64,000 nucleotides of DNA, taken from positions 961,422 to 1,025,421 of the forward strand of contig CBDCBL010000009.1 of assembly GCA_965214245.1 (NCBI GenBank), given 5' to 3'. Origin of the DNA: Acidobacteriota bacterium. Its GTDB lineage: Bacteria > Acidobacteriota > UBA890. The stretch's first letter is position 1. Each line of letters begins with the position of its first letter. The notes under the pieces are model-generated. The model was not told the DNA's origin, ran no database searches, and worked only from the letters and a program-made list of their open reading frames with translations. The position numbers and the translations under genes were made by a program. Shown in pieces: positions 9,324 through 18,204 of the stretch.

Positions 9324-11384
9324 ATGAGAGCAGACCTGACACGCCGTCCGCGACGAATCCACGTCGTGCTTTGTTTCGCCTTGTCTCTGAGCGTCGGTCT
9401 CGCGGTTTCGCCACTGTCCGTGGGCCAGGAGCGTGGCAACCCTGTGGGCGAGTGGCGCTACCAAAGCGCCGACGCCTCGGGCACCCGCTACTCGCCTCTC
9501 GACCAGATCAACGGCGAGAATTTCGAGGATCTGGGGATCGCCTGGCTCTGGCGCGGCGACAACTTCAGCCCCGAGCCGCAGACAACCTCGCGCTCGACCC
9601 CCAGCTATATCGACGGAAGGCTCTACACAGTGGCCGGGTCGCGCCGCACGGTCGTGGCGATGAACCCCGCCACGGGCGAGACCATCTGGACGTACCGCGA
9701 GCCCAACACCCAGCGCTGGGAACGTTCCATGCGCGCCAGCTACGGCAAGGGCGTGGGCTACGGCGAGGTGGATGGCAACGGCGTCATTTACATCTCCACC
9801 CCCGGCTTTTTCCTCCACGCCCTGGATGCGCGGACCGGACGCCCCTTGGAGAACTGGGGTTCGACGGTACCGGTGGAGGGTTTTTCCACGACCGGAGTGG
9901 TGGACCTCCTGCCCGACCTGCTCACCGGCTGGGGCCCGTGGGAGGCGTACGAGGGCACGTATGATCCCGACTACGGGATCCCGCGAGAGCTCGGCTACAT
10001 CACCAGCTCATCGCCCCCGATCGTCGTCAACGGCACGGTGGTCGTCGGCAGCTCTGCCGAGCAAGGCTACAACCAGACTCGCATCGAGAACGTCCCGAAC
10101 GACATCCTGGCGTACGACGCCAAGACAGGCGAGTTCCGCTGGAAGTTCCACGTCATCCCGCGGCCCGGCGAGGTCGGCCACGAAACCTGGGAAAACGACG
10201 CCTGGAGATACACGGGAGACATTTCCTCCTGGGCCCCGCTGTCCGCCGACAACGAACGCGGCATCGTTTACGTTCCCACCAACCCACCGACCATCGATTA
10301 CTTCGGCGGCTTCCGCCCGGGCGCCAACTTGTTCGGCACCAGCGTCATCGCGCTCGACGTTTCAACGGGCGAGCGAGTGTGGCACTTCCAGACGGTCCAC
10401 AACGACCAGTGGAACTACGACCTTCCCAACGTACCGATCGTGGTGGACCTGACGGTTGACGGGGAGGAAATTCCCGCCGTCGTGCAAACCACCAAGCAGG
10501 GGTTTATCTTCGCGTTCAACCGAGAAACAGGTGTACCGATTTGGCCCATCGAGGAGCGCCCCGTGCCGGAATCGAACGTGCCCGGGAACTGGACGTCGGC
10601 CAACCAGCCCTACCCGACGAAGCCCGAGCCCTTCGAGTCCTTCGGCCTCGGCGACGACCGCGTCATCGACTTCACCCCCGAGCTCAAAGCAGAGGCCCTC
10701 GAGATCTTGTCCGAGTACCGGATCGGCGACCCCTACATGCCGCGGCTGTATACCGGCCACGACTCCGGTGTGCGCGACAACCTCCGCTGCTACGGCGGGC
10801 TGAACATCACGCATCCCGCCGCCATGGACCCGACAACGGGAATCCTGTACGTGTCGCACTCCATGGGGTGCAGCGGCGGCTCCGTGATGCCCGGCGCCGA
10901 GAAAGACGAACCCGACGACCCGGGCACCACCGGCTCGACAATCTCCGAGTGGGTCGCGGGCCCGAACGGACGCCTGCCCACGGTCCGCGGCCTACCGATC
11001 TTCAAACCGCCGTACAACGAGGCGTCCGCTTACGACATGAACACCGGCGAGCGACTCTACTCGGTGCCGATCGGCAAGCCCGCAGCGGTGCTCAAGAACC
11101 GTGCCGCCGAGATGGGCATCGACCTGTCCGAGGCGGGCGGTGGGCCCCATGCCATCCTGATGGTCACCGGCAGCGTGTTGCTCACCAGCGAGGTTCTCGC
11201 CGATAACCGCCCGGTCCTCACTGCCCGCGACAAAGCGACCGGTGAGCGCTTGGGCTCGGTCGAGCTACCGGCGCCGGCCCAGTACGGCATGATGACGTAT
11301 CTGCACGACGGACGGCAGTACATCGTGGTGCAGATCGGCGGTCGGGACTATCCGAGCTCGCTCGTGGCACTTGCCCTCCAGTGA
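9324..11384 (+). CDS. PQQ-dependent dehydrogenase (8-bladed quinoprotein) with a signal peptide; substrate unknown.
   Basis: The N-terminus 'GEWRYQSADASGTRYSPLDQINGENFEDLGIAWLWRG' is the canonical quinoprotein start. W-containing propeller repeats recur throughout. There is no adjacent Cys-Cys pair and no N-terminal transmembrane anchor. A GGGAGGAAG ribosome-binding site sits upstream. Confidence 0.85.
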   Translation: MRADLTRRPRRIHVVLCFALSLSVGLAVSPLSVGQERGNPVGEWRYQSADASGTRYSPLDQINGENFEDLGIAWLWRGDNFSPEPQTTSRSTPSYIDGRLYTVAGSRRTVVAMNPATGETIWTYREPNTQRWERSMRASYGKGVGYGEVDGNGVIYISTPGFFLHALDARTGRPLENWGSTVPVEGFSTTGVVDLLPDLLTGWGPWEAYEGTYDPDYGIPRELGYITSSSPPIVVNGTVVVGSSAEQGYNQTRIENVPNDILAYDAKTGEFRWKFHVIPRPGEVGHETWENDAWRYTGDISSWAPLSADNERGIVYVPTNPPTIDYFGGFRPGANLFGTSVIALDVSTGERVWHFQTVHNDQWNYDLPNVPIVVDLTVDGEEIPAVVQTTKQGFIFAFNRETGVPIWPIEERPVPESNVPGNWTSANQPYPTKPEPFESFGLGDDRVIDFTPELKAEALEILSEYRIGDPYMPRLYTGHDSGVRDNLRCYGGLNITHPAAMDPTTGILYVSHSMGCSGGSVMPGAEKDEPDDPGTTGSTISEWVAGPNGRLPTVRGLPIFKPPYNEASAYDMNTGERLYSVPIGKPAAVLKNRAAEMGIDLSEAGGGPHAILMVTGSVLLTSEVLADNRPVLTARDKATGERLGSVELPAPAQYGMMTYLHDGRQYIVVQIGGRDYPSSLVALALQ

Positions 11385-11470
11385 CCGTCGCGCGACAGCG
11401 AGAGCAGGCTGGGGCGACGCCGGCAAGTCGCAACCGTCGCTCACGGGGAACGACCCGATAGGAGAGTCTG

Positions 11471-12746
11471 ATGCGCACAGACAGCAGGTGGTCCAAACTC
11501 ACGACGTTAGGCGCAGTTCTGGTGGCCGTGGCGGTCGCGGGCTGTGCATCGCAGGGGACCGGGTCGGGGGGCGCGAGCAGTGAAAAGGCGCCTCCGATAC
11601 AGGGCGAGCGAGGGGCAGGAGCTCTTCGGCCATTACCAGAGACCGGAGCCTTTCCCCAGGCCCTTGCCAGACGATCTCCACTCGCACGACGGGTGGACTT
11701 GGGGGTCCGTGGGGGCGGTATTCGCTGAGAGCTCGGACCGGATCTGGATCGCGCAGCGCGGCGAGCTACCGCTGGCGGAGGGCGCCGACCCGTGGACACC
11801 CTACAGTCTGTTGAATCCCTCCAGGGGCAACGCGCCCGCCACGACCGACGGGATCAGCTCCACGTGTCGGGAGACGGGGAACCTGCGCGGTTACGAGAGG
11901 CGATTTTTCCATGTCATCTTCGTCGTCGACAGCGATGGCAATCTGGTTGACGAATGGCCGCAGCACGATGGGCTCTTCGGGGCGCAGCCCTGCGGGCGTG
12001 GGCCGCACAAGATCAAGATCAGCCCGTACGATCCCGACAAGCACGTTTGGGTCATCGACGACCAGCTGCACGTGATCTACAAATTCACCCAAGAGGGGGA
12101 GTTGGTGCACACGCTGGGTGAGTTGGGAGCGCAAGGACGCAGCCCCAACAACTTTGACCGTCCGACGGACATCGCCTGGCTTCCCGACGGGACATACTTC
12201 ATCAGTGATGGGTACGGAGGCACCCGGGTCGCGAAGTTCGACACCGACAACAACTTCATCATGGACTGGGGGGGACCCCCCGCCGATCCGGCCAACCCCG
12301 GCCCGAACGAGTTCAACACCGTCCACAGCATCGCAATCAGCGCCGACAGGAGAGTCTACGTCGTCGATCGCGCCCACGCTCGGATCCAGATATTCGACGA
12401 GAACGGCACCTTCCTGGACATGTTCTCGACAGGCCCCCGAGCCGCATCCCGACCGTACGCCCACGAGATCCTCCGTGATATGGAGACCGGAGAAGAGTTC
12501 ATCTGGGTCTCGGACGGTGGAACCCATCGAATCCTGAAATACGATCTGGATGGAAACTTCCTCTACAGCTGGGGCCGGCGGAGCGGGCAACGCGGCCAGT
12601 TCAACGGCCCACACTCGCTCACCGTCGATCCGGACGGGAACCTGTACACGGCGGAGGTGTTTGCCGGCCGCGTCCAGAAGTTCGTCCCGCGACTGAACGC
12701 CGACGCCGCGAAGCTGGCGGGGCATCAGCTGCGCGAATGGGACTGA
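11471..12746 (+). CDS. NHL-repeat (6-bladed beta-propeller) lipoprotein. There is an apparent frameshift near 11567-11590.
   Basis: The lipoprotein signal 'LVAVAVAGCAS' is in one frame. The NHL repeats ('RPTDIAWLPDGTYFISDGYGG', 'FNTVHSIAISADRRVYVVDRAHARIQIFDENG', 'FNGPHSLTVDPDGNLYTAEV') are in the frame of ORF 11544-12746. The shift falls at the run 'tcggggggcg'. Confidence 0.65.
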
Positions 12747-12759
12747 ACGAGAGACCACG

Positions 12760-12831
12760 GGAAACCTCCCCCATGCCGCCAGCGCCGAGCTGCTCGATGA
12801 TCTTGTAGGGGCCGAGGGAGGTGCCGATCAT
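12760..12831 (-). pseudogene. Truncated N-terminal stub of a second Ser/Thr kinase gene.
   Basis: It encodes 'MIGTSLGPYKIIEQLGAGGMGEV' and then degenerates, overlapping the 3' end of the NHL gene. About 49 bp match the 5' end of the intact kinase at 15439-15487 at roughly 42 of 49 positions. Confidence 0.45.
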
Positions 12832-13913
12832 CCAGAGCCGTCCGCCGGCACCCGCTGCTTCAACTCCTCGAACCAGTTGACGACGACGGTGAGCAGAACG
12901 GGCGCGCGGTTCATGTTCTCGACCATCAGGAAGCGATCGGTGCCAGGGTCGTAGTCGTACAACGTGCGGTAGCCTACGCCCGTGTTGAAGGTAGCAACCG
13001 AAAAGAGTGCTTCCCTCTCCACTCCGAAAACAGGCTCAGTTTCCAAGTGGGCAACCATCATCCGTTGATCCTGGATGTAGAAGAGCTCTGTTTCGTCGGG
13101 GCCCCACATCGGAGAATGGCCGCCAGCGTTGGAAACAGTGCTCCTGCTGTCAAAGCTGGGGAAGGGGCGAACGTACACCTCGTTGAGCCCCGTTGCCCGA
13201 GTTCCCCCCGTGGGGGAAACATAGGCCAACCAGCGACCATCGGGTGAGACCATCGGCGTTTGCTGGTTGAACTGGCCGTCGGGGTCCAGCGGATAAGACA
13301 CGGTCTGGTCTCCGTCCATCGAGATCATGCCGATTCTGCGCTGCTGCGTGGCATCGATCTGCTCGTGTGACAGGAGCTGCGTGCCTTTATTTGCCCAGGA
13401 GATCGGGAAAGCGTTGCCGCTCGTTCGCCAAAGCTCCTGGGGCTCGCTGCTGAAATCGGCATCGCTCCAATAGATCGCCCCACCGGAGGTGAACAGTACT
13501 TTCTCTCCGTCCAGCGTCCAGAGCGGCGCGGTGCCGCGGGCCAGTGGATTCCACGCGCCACCCTCGACGTCGTAGAGCCAGATTCCGCCAGACTCCACTG
13601 CGATCTGTCTGCCGTCGGGCGACAAGCGAACAGCACCGAGGTTGCGCTCACCCTCGAAAACGCTCGTGAAGTTTCCTTGCCGATCGACCCAGACGATCCG
13701 TTGGCGGCCTGGGCCAGGTCGCCGCCGCCGGACGGTACACAAGGTGGCCCTCCTCCGAGAACGTGTACCACGCCATGCCGTTGCCCGGCAGCATGCGAAC
13801 GCCCTGCTCCATGCGCACCGGGGGGCCCAGCACTTCGAGCCGCTCTGGGTCGAAGGGCACGGCCTCGAGCGTGCCTCCCGGCCGGGCGTAGACGACGTGC
13901 CCCGTTGTTGCAT
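12828..13913 (-). CDS. TolB-like / WD40-like beta-propeller domain. It is probably the C-terminal part of the kinase gene at 13648-15513, separated from it by a frameshift near 13720-13750.
   Basis: Repeats such as 'SPDGRQIAVESGGIWLYDVEGG', 'GMISMDGDQTVSYPLDPDG' and 'MVSPDGRWLAYVSPTGG' are typical of TolB-type propellers found on bacterial Ser/Thr kinases. It overlaps the kinase ORF out of frame. The first ~60 codons of this ORF look non-native. Confidence 0.6.
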   Translation of the reverse strand: MQQRGTSSTPGREARSRPCPSTQSGSKCWAPRCAWSRAFACCRATAWRGTRSRRRATLCTVRRRRPGPGRQRIVWVDRQGNFTSVFEGERNLGAVRLSPDGRQIAVESGGIWLYDVEGGAWNPLARGTAPLWTLDGEKVLFTSGGAIYWSDADFSSEPQELWRTSGNAFPISWANKGTQLLSHEQIDATQQRRIGMISMDGDQTVSYPLDPDGQFNQQTPMVSPDGRWLAYVSPTGGTRATGLNEVYVRPFPSFDSRSTVSNAGGHSPMWGPDETELFYIQDQRMMVAHLETEPVFGVEREALFSVATFNTGVGYRTLYDYDPGTDRFLMVENMNRAPVLLTVVVNWFEELKQRVPADGSG

Positions 13914-15513
13914 ACATCGGATCCGTACCCTGCTCGGCGACGATCGTTAGTTTGCCAGTGTCGAGTGAGACGACCCAGATGCCAGCGGTCGCGACGTCCG
14001 CCGTATCGCCCCAACCCTCCACAAGGACGCCTCTGCCGCCCGGCAAGAAATGTGGGCGGCCGTACCTGGCGATTCCTGCCTGGGCATCCCGTTCGGCGAC
14101 CAGGAAACGCTCGCCGCCGTTCTCGGAGATCCTCCAGAGGGAAAAGTCTTGGACGAAGATGATCTCGTCATCGGCCCACGTAGCTTCGCCCGGAGCGTCG
14201 TGAATGTTGAGAGGCGTCCCACTCGAAATCGGGATCTTCCAGAGGCCCTCCCCCGTTGAGTACCCGAGCCACTGGCTGTCGGGCGAGAAGAAGGAGCGGT
14301 CCTGCGTTATCCCGCTGTCCGGGACACCGGCGATCAGAGCAGATCCCTCTTGGTCGTTTGACTTATGGTAGATCTTGACACCGTCGACGCCGGCCACGCC
14401 CCACACGAGGTGCCGGCCGTCGGGTGATAGAAGCGGAGCAATCACAGCTCCAGCGGACGCCGGGATGCTGATGCTGAGTCGCTGCAATAGCCGCGGCTCC
14501 GACATGGGCGACCTGGCGGCGTTCCAAACCAACAAGCTTGCGATGGCCGCCACGACGACTACCGCCGCTGCGGCCAGGCTCAACCGAATCCGGCGCGGCC
14601 CGAGGACGACGGACGGGCCCGAGTCCCCTTCGGCGCTACCCAGTGGCACCGCCGAGCCCGAATCCTCGAGCTCAATCCTCGCATCGGCAATGTCGTGCAC
14701 GCGGCGGTCGGGATCCTTCCGCAGGCATCGCTCGATGAGCGCGCGCACCAAAGGCGGGGCCGCTGCAGGTAGCGCCCCCCAATTCGGGTCGGCCTCGAGG
14801 ATGGCAGCGAGCGTGTCGGCAACGGTCTCTCTATCGAACGCCCGCCGTCCAACCAAGGCTTCATAGAGAACACAACCGAACGCCCAGATGTCGGCCCGCT
14901 TGTCGAGCGCCTTGCCGCGCACTTGCTCGGGGCTCATGTAGGGGGCGGTGCCGAGGGTCACCCCTGTTTGCGTGCCCGCCATGGTCAGCGTCGGCGAGTG
15001 GCTCATGTCGGTTTCGCGTGGAGCGGCCTCGACCGTCTTCGCCAAGCCGAAATCGAGTACCTTAGCCTTCCCCTTCGGACTGATCAGGATATTCGCCGGC
15101 TTCAGATCCCGATGGATGATGCCCTCACCGTGGGCCGCCTCGAGAGCCTCGGCGATCTGCTTGCAGAGGTCCAGCGCCTCCTCGACCGGCATGGGCCCCC
15201 GGGAAAGCCGCCTCTCGAGAGACTCACCCTCGACGAGCTCGAGCACGAGAAAGCGGATACCGTCCGCTTCCTCGAGGCTGTGGATGGTGGCGATGTTGGC
15301 ATGGTTTAGGGCCGCCAGCAGGTGGGCTTCACGTTCCAGTCTGGCGAGACGATCCGGATCGGCGTTGAGCTCCTCGGGCAGGATCTTGATCGCCACCTCG
15401 CGCTTCAGCGTCGAATCCCGAGCCCGATACACCTCACCCATACCGCCAGCGCCTAGCTGCTCGATGATCTTGTAGTTACCGAGGTAGCGTAAGGAAAAAG
15501 GGCGTTTCTTCAC
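13648..15513 (-). CDS. Hanks-type Ser/Thr protein kinase with a transmembrane segment and the start of a periplasmic beta-propeller.
   Basis: Kinase motifs are present: 'LGAGGMGEVYRA' (Gly loop), 'VAIK', 'HRDLKPANILI', 'DFGLAK', 'APEQ'. A hydrophobic segment 'LAAAAVVVVAAIASLLVW' follows the kinase domain. The C-terminal ~25 aa are Arg-rich and look like they come after a frameshift. Confidence 0.85.
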   Translation of the reverse strand: MKKRPFSLRYLGNYKIIEQLGAGGMGEVYRARDSTLKREVAIKILPEELNADPDRLARLEREAHLLAALNHANIATIHSLEEADGIRFLVLELVEGESLERRLSRGPMPVEEALDLCKQIAEALEAAHGEGIIHRDLKPANILISPKGKAKVLDFGLAKTVEAAPRETDMSHSPTLTMAGTQTGVTLGTAPYMSPEQVRGKALDKRADIWAFGCVLYEALVGRRAFDRETVADTLAAILEADPNWGALPAAAPPLVRALIERCLRKDPDRRVHDIADARIELEDSGSAVPLGSAEGDSGPSVVLGPRRIRLSLAAAAVVVVAAIASLLVWNAARSPMSEPRLLQRLSISIPASAGAVIAPLLSPDGRHLVWGVAGVDGVKIYHKSNDQEGSALIAGVPDSGITQDRSFFSPDSQWLGYSTGEGLWKIPISSGTPLNIHDAPGEATWADDEIIFVQDFSLWRISENGGERFLVAERDAQAGIARYGRPHFLPGGRGVLVEGWGDTADVATAGIWVVSLDTGKLTIVAEQGTDPMYATTGHVVYARPGGTLEAVPFDPERLEVLGPPVRMEQGVRMLPGNGMAWYTFSEEGHLVYRPAAATWPRPPTDRLGRSARKLHERFRG

Positions 15514-15560
15514 TGGTAAAGTCCGGTTTGCCCAACCAACTCAACCAGGAGAAACGCCCT

Positions 15561-15737
15561 CATGGAATCGTATGTTGGCATCGACGCACACTGCAACGCG
15601 GGACTGGAGCTCGCCGCCATAGAGGCACGCAGTGGAGAACTGCTATGGCGGGACCGTTGTCGGCTCGATGGGGATCTGTTGCGAGAAGCGATCGGTCTGA
15701 TCTGCCCCATGTGTTTGGGCCACTTGTTAACTCATTG
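15561..15737 (+). pseudogene. N-terminal ~58-aa remnant of an IS110-family (DEDD) transposase.
   Basis: It encodes 'MESYVGIDAHCNAGLELAAIEARSGELL', matching the IS110-family N-terminal 'YVGIDV.K..L..A' signature. An AGGAGA ribosome-binding site lies 8 nt upstream. There is a premature stop, and the IS3-family element begins about 60 bp downstream. Confidence 0.45.
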
Positions 15738-15802
15738 AATCGGTGCTGACAAGAGGTTGTTGGAGCCAGCGGAGCGGAGCGCCGGTGCAACAACATCGCC
15801 TG

Positions 15803-16807
15803 TCAACGCGGTGAGACGGTGGACGCGTAATTAGTGAGCAAGGGTGGCAGGCTTGTTGATCCAGACGGCGGTGGGGAGTTGACGAAGCGCTCAGGCCGGG
15901 CCCGGTAGGCGGCCAGCAGGACTTCGGCACGCCGGTCGCGGGTCTGCTGGGCGAGTCCGTCCTGCACCGTCGCCGGAGTCATCAGGCCGATGCCCGAGTG
16001 GCGATGCTGGTAGTTGTACCAGTGGAAGAATGCCCGGCAGAAGAGACGGGCGTGTTCGATCGACTCGAAGCGAGCAGGGAACTCGGGTCGGTACTTGAGC
16101 GTCCTGAAGTGGGCCTCGGAGTAGGGATTGTCCGACGAGGTGTAGGGCCTCGAGTGTGTCTTGGTGACCCCGAGATCGGCGAGCAGGAAGGCGACCGGCT
16201 TGGAGGTCATCGAGCTGCCGCGGTCAGCGTGGATGGTGAGCTGATCAGGTCCGATGCGTTGCTGGAGCAGCGCCTGGTCGATGAGCTGCTCGGCCAAGGG
16301 ACCGCTCTCGCGGTGCTGGAGAGTCCAGCCCACCACGTAGCGGCTGAACACGTCGAGGATGACGTACAGGTAGAAGTAGGTCCACTTGGCAGGGCCTCGC
16401 AGTTTGGATATGTCCCACGACCACACCTCGTTGACTCGCTTGGCGAGCAGCTCGGGCTTGTTGTAGGGCGGGTGCACGAGCTGGTTGCGCCGCTCGCCGC
16501 CCTCGCCCTGGGCGGCGAGGATCCGGTACATCGTGCGCTCCGATGCCAGGTAGCGGCCTTCGTCCAGCAGCGTCGCCCATACCTGGGCAGGAGCGCAGTC
16601 GACGAACCGCTCGCTGTGCAACTCGGCGAGAACCTTCTGACGTTCGGGCTCCGACAGCGCCCTCGCCGGCTTGGGCCGCGGTCTGCTCGGTCGGGGCGCA
16701 GGCGGCCGGCGGCGGCGGTAGATCGTCGCGTGCGAGGCGCCCAGCGTCCGGCACGCCGGGCGAGTCCCGATGATGGGAGTGAGTTGTTCGACGGTTTGCT
16801 CGATCAT
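15803..16807 (-). CDS. IS3-family transposase OrfB (DDE / rve integrase core) of IS-A.
   Basis: 'VWSWDISKL...YLYVILDVFSRYVVGW...IHADRGSSMTS...HSRPYTSSDNPYSEAHFRTLKYR' contains the D, D(35)E integrase-core residues. Confidence 0.85.
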   Translation of the reverse strand: MIEQTVEQLTPIIGTRPACRTLGASHATIYRRRRPPAPRPSRPRPKPARALSEPERQKVLAELHSERFVDCAPAQVWATLLDEGRYLASERTMYRILAAQGEGGERRNQLVHPPYNKPELLAKRVNEVWSWDISKLRGPAKWTYFYLYVILDVFSRYVVGWTLQHRESGPLAEQLIDQALLQQRIGPDQLTIHADRGSSMTSKPVAFLLADLGVTKTHSRPYTSSDNPYSEAHFRTLKYRPEFPARFESIEHARLFCRAFFHWYNYQHRHSGIGLMTPATVQDGLAQQTRDRRAEVLLAAYRARPERFVNSPPPSGSTSLPPLLTNYASTVSPR

Positions 16808-17295
16808 CGCTTGGTAGTCGCGTTGGCGCCCCTGGGCTCGAGCAGCTCTCCCAGAAGCGCGGAGACGTTTCCCTGCACCTCGATTACTCGCCGTGCTTTC
16901 TCGAGCTCCGCCTCGGCCCGCTCGGCTCGGCGACGCAGGTTGGCAAGCTGCGCGTCTCGGGGATCGGGCGCCGGCCGGCCGCGTGGCTTAGCCAGCGCCA
17001 CCAATGCCCCGGCGTCACGCTGCTTGCGCCACACCGACAGATGCGACGAGTACAGCCCCTCGCGCCGCAGCAGCGCGCCGACCTCGCCGGGCTTCGAGCA
17101 CCCGTCCGCCTCGCGTACCACCCGGACCTTGTACTCGGCGGTGAACTTGCGGCGCCGTGGTCGCTCGACCAACTGGGGGTCGGGGGCCGGGACCGCGGGC
17201 TCGCGCGACGTCCGCTTTCGGTCGCCTCCGGCTCCCTGCACCGGACGTCCGGTGGCCTCGTGGTCTCCTGCACCGTTGTTGCTCAACTCCGACAT
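16804..17295 (-). CDS. IS3-family transposase OrfA (helix-turn-helix) of IS-A.
   Basis: HTH/leucine-zipper OrfA-like sequence ('RRKFTAEYKVRVVRE...'). It overlaps orfB by 4 nt, which is typical of the OrfAB frameshift arrangement. Confidence 0.75.
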   Translation of the reverse strand: MSELSNNGAGDHEATGRPVQGAGGDRKRTSREPAVPAPDPQLVERPRRRKFTAEYKVRVVREADGCSKPGEVGALLRREGLYSSHLSVWRKQRDAGALVALAKPRGRPAPDPRDAQLANLRRRAERAEAELEKARRVIEVQGNVSALLGELLEPRGANATTKR

Positions 17296-17323
17296 TCTTG
17301 TGTCTCCGACCTCGCCCTCTTGC

Positions 17324-18181
17324 TCAGTAATTATCCAACCTCCATCGTCTCACCCCACGTTGGACAGAGGGCGCAGCCGGCTGCAACAACATCGCTTCGG
17401 GTGCGGGTGGCCGATAGTCCAGCGAGCTATGGGGCCGCACGCGGTTGTACTGCTTGCGCCATCTCTCGATCAGAACCTCTGCCTCCTTAAGTGTGTAGAA
17501 GATCTCTCCGTTCAGGAGCTCGTCCCTGAGCTTGCCGTTGAAGCTCTCCACGTAGCCGTTCTCCCAGGGCGAGCCGGGCTCAATGAACAACGTCTTGACC
17601 CCGATCCGCCCAAGCCACTCCCGCACCACCTGGGCCGTGAACTCCGGCCCGTTGTCCGAGCGGATGTGATCCGGAACACCCCGGCTCACGAACAGCTCAG
17701 CGAGCCGCTCCAGCACGTTCTCGGAGTTCAGCCTCCTTGCCACATCGATCGCCAGGCACTCCCGTGTGTACTCGTCGACGATCGTCAGCAGACGAAGCGC
17801 TTTCCCGTCGTGCGTTCTCTCGTGCACGAAGTCGTACGCCCACACGTGATCTTTCCTTTCCGGCCGCAGCCGCACGCAGGACCCGTCGTTGAGCCACAAA
17901 CGTCCTCGCTTCGGCTGCTTGCGCGGCACTTTCAGCCCTTCACGTCGCCATAACCGCTCGATCCTCTTGTGATTGACGCGCCGGCCTTCACCCTGAAGCA
18001 GCGCCGTGATCCGACGGTACCCATAGCGCCCATACTGCGTCGCTAACTGACTCATTCGCTCAACGAGCGCCGTTTCGTCCTGAGGCACCTTGGCTCGATA
18101 CTGCTGCGTCGAGCGCCTCTGGCCGAGAACTCTGCAGGCCCGCCTCTCGGAGACCCCCAGCGACTGCTGTGCGTTCCGCAC
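17324..18181 (-). CDS. IS3-family transposase OrfB (DDE integrase core) of IS-B.
   Basis: 'VWAYDFV...LLTIVDEYTRECLAI...IRSDNGPEFTAQ...GSPWENGYVESFNGKLRDE...YNRVRPHSSLDYRPPAP' is a classic IS3 / IS2-group OrfB. Confidence 0.85.
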   Translation of the reverse strand: MRNAQQSLGVSERRACRVLGQRRSTQQYRAKVPQDETALVERMSQLATQYGRYGYRRITALLQGEGRRVNHKRIERLWRREGLKVPRKQPKRGRLWLNDGSCVRLRPERKDHVWAYDFVHERTHDGKALRLLTIVDEYTRECLAIDVARRLNSENVLERLAELFVSRGVPDHIRSDNGPEFTAQVVREWLGRIGVKTLFIEPGSPWENGYVESFNGKLRDELLNGEIFYTLKEAEVLIERWRKQYNRVRPHSSLDYRPPAPEAMLLQPAAPSVQRGVRRWRLDNY

Positions 18182-18204
18182 TGCCCGGCGTCGCCGCGCC
18201 GGGC

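Larger units (their letters stand above)
15800..17367 (-). mobile_element. IS3-family insertion sequence, referred to here as IS-A (orfA plus orfB). It has ~50-bp imperfect terminal inverted repeats.
   Basis: The left end 'CTGTCAACGCGGTGAGACGGTGGACGCGTAATTAGTGAGCAAGG' (15800-15844) matches the reverse complement of 17317-17367 at about 75%. The element contains a two-ORF transposase with a 4-nt overlap. It is flanked by a direct repeat, GCCGG(C)TGCAACAACATCGC, at 15781-15799 and 17376-17395. Confidence 0.7.

Noticed and set aside
15800-17395. The 14-20-bp direct repeat flanking IS-A, interpreted as a simple target-site duplication.
   Set aside because: IS3-family elements make duplications of 3-5 bp. 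The right copy lies 8 bp beyond the inverted repeat and inside the reading frame of IS-B's OrfB. It is reported as a finding (nested insertion or recombination) rather than called a target duplication.
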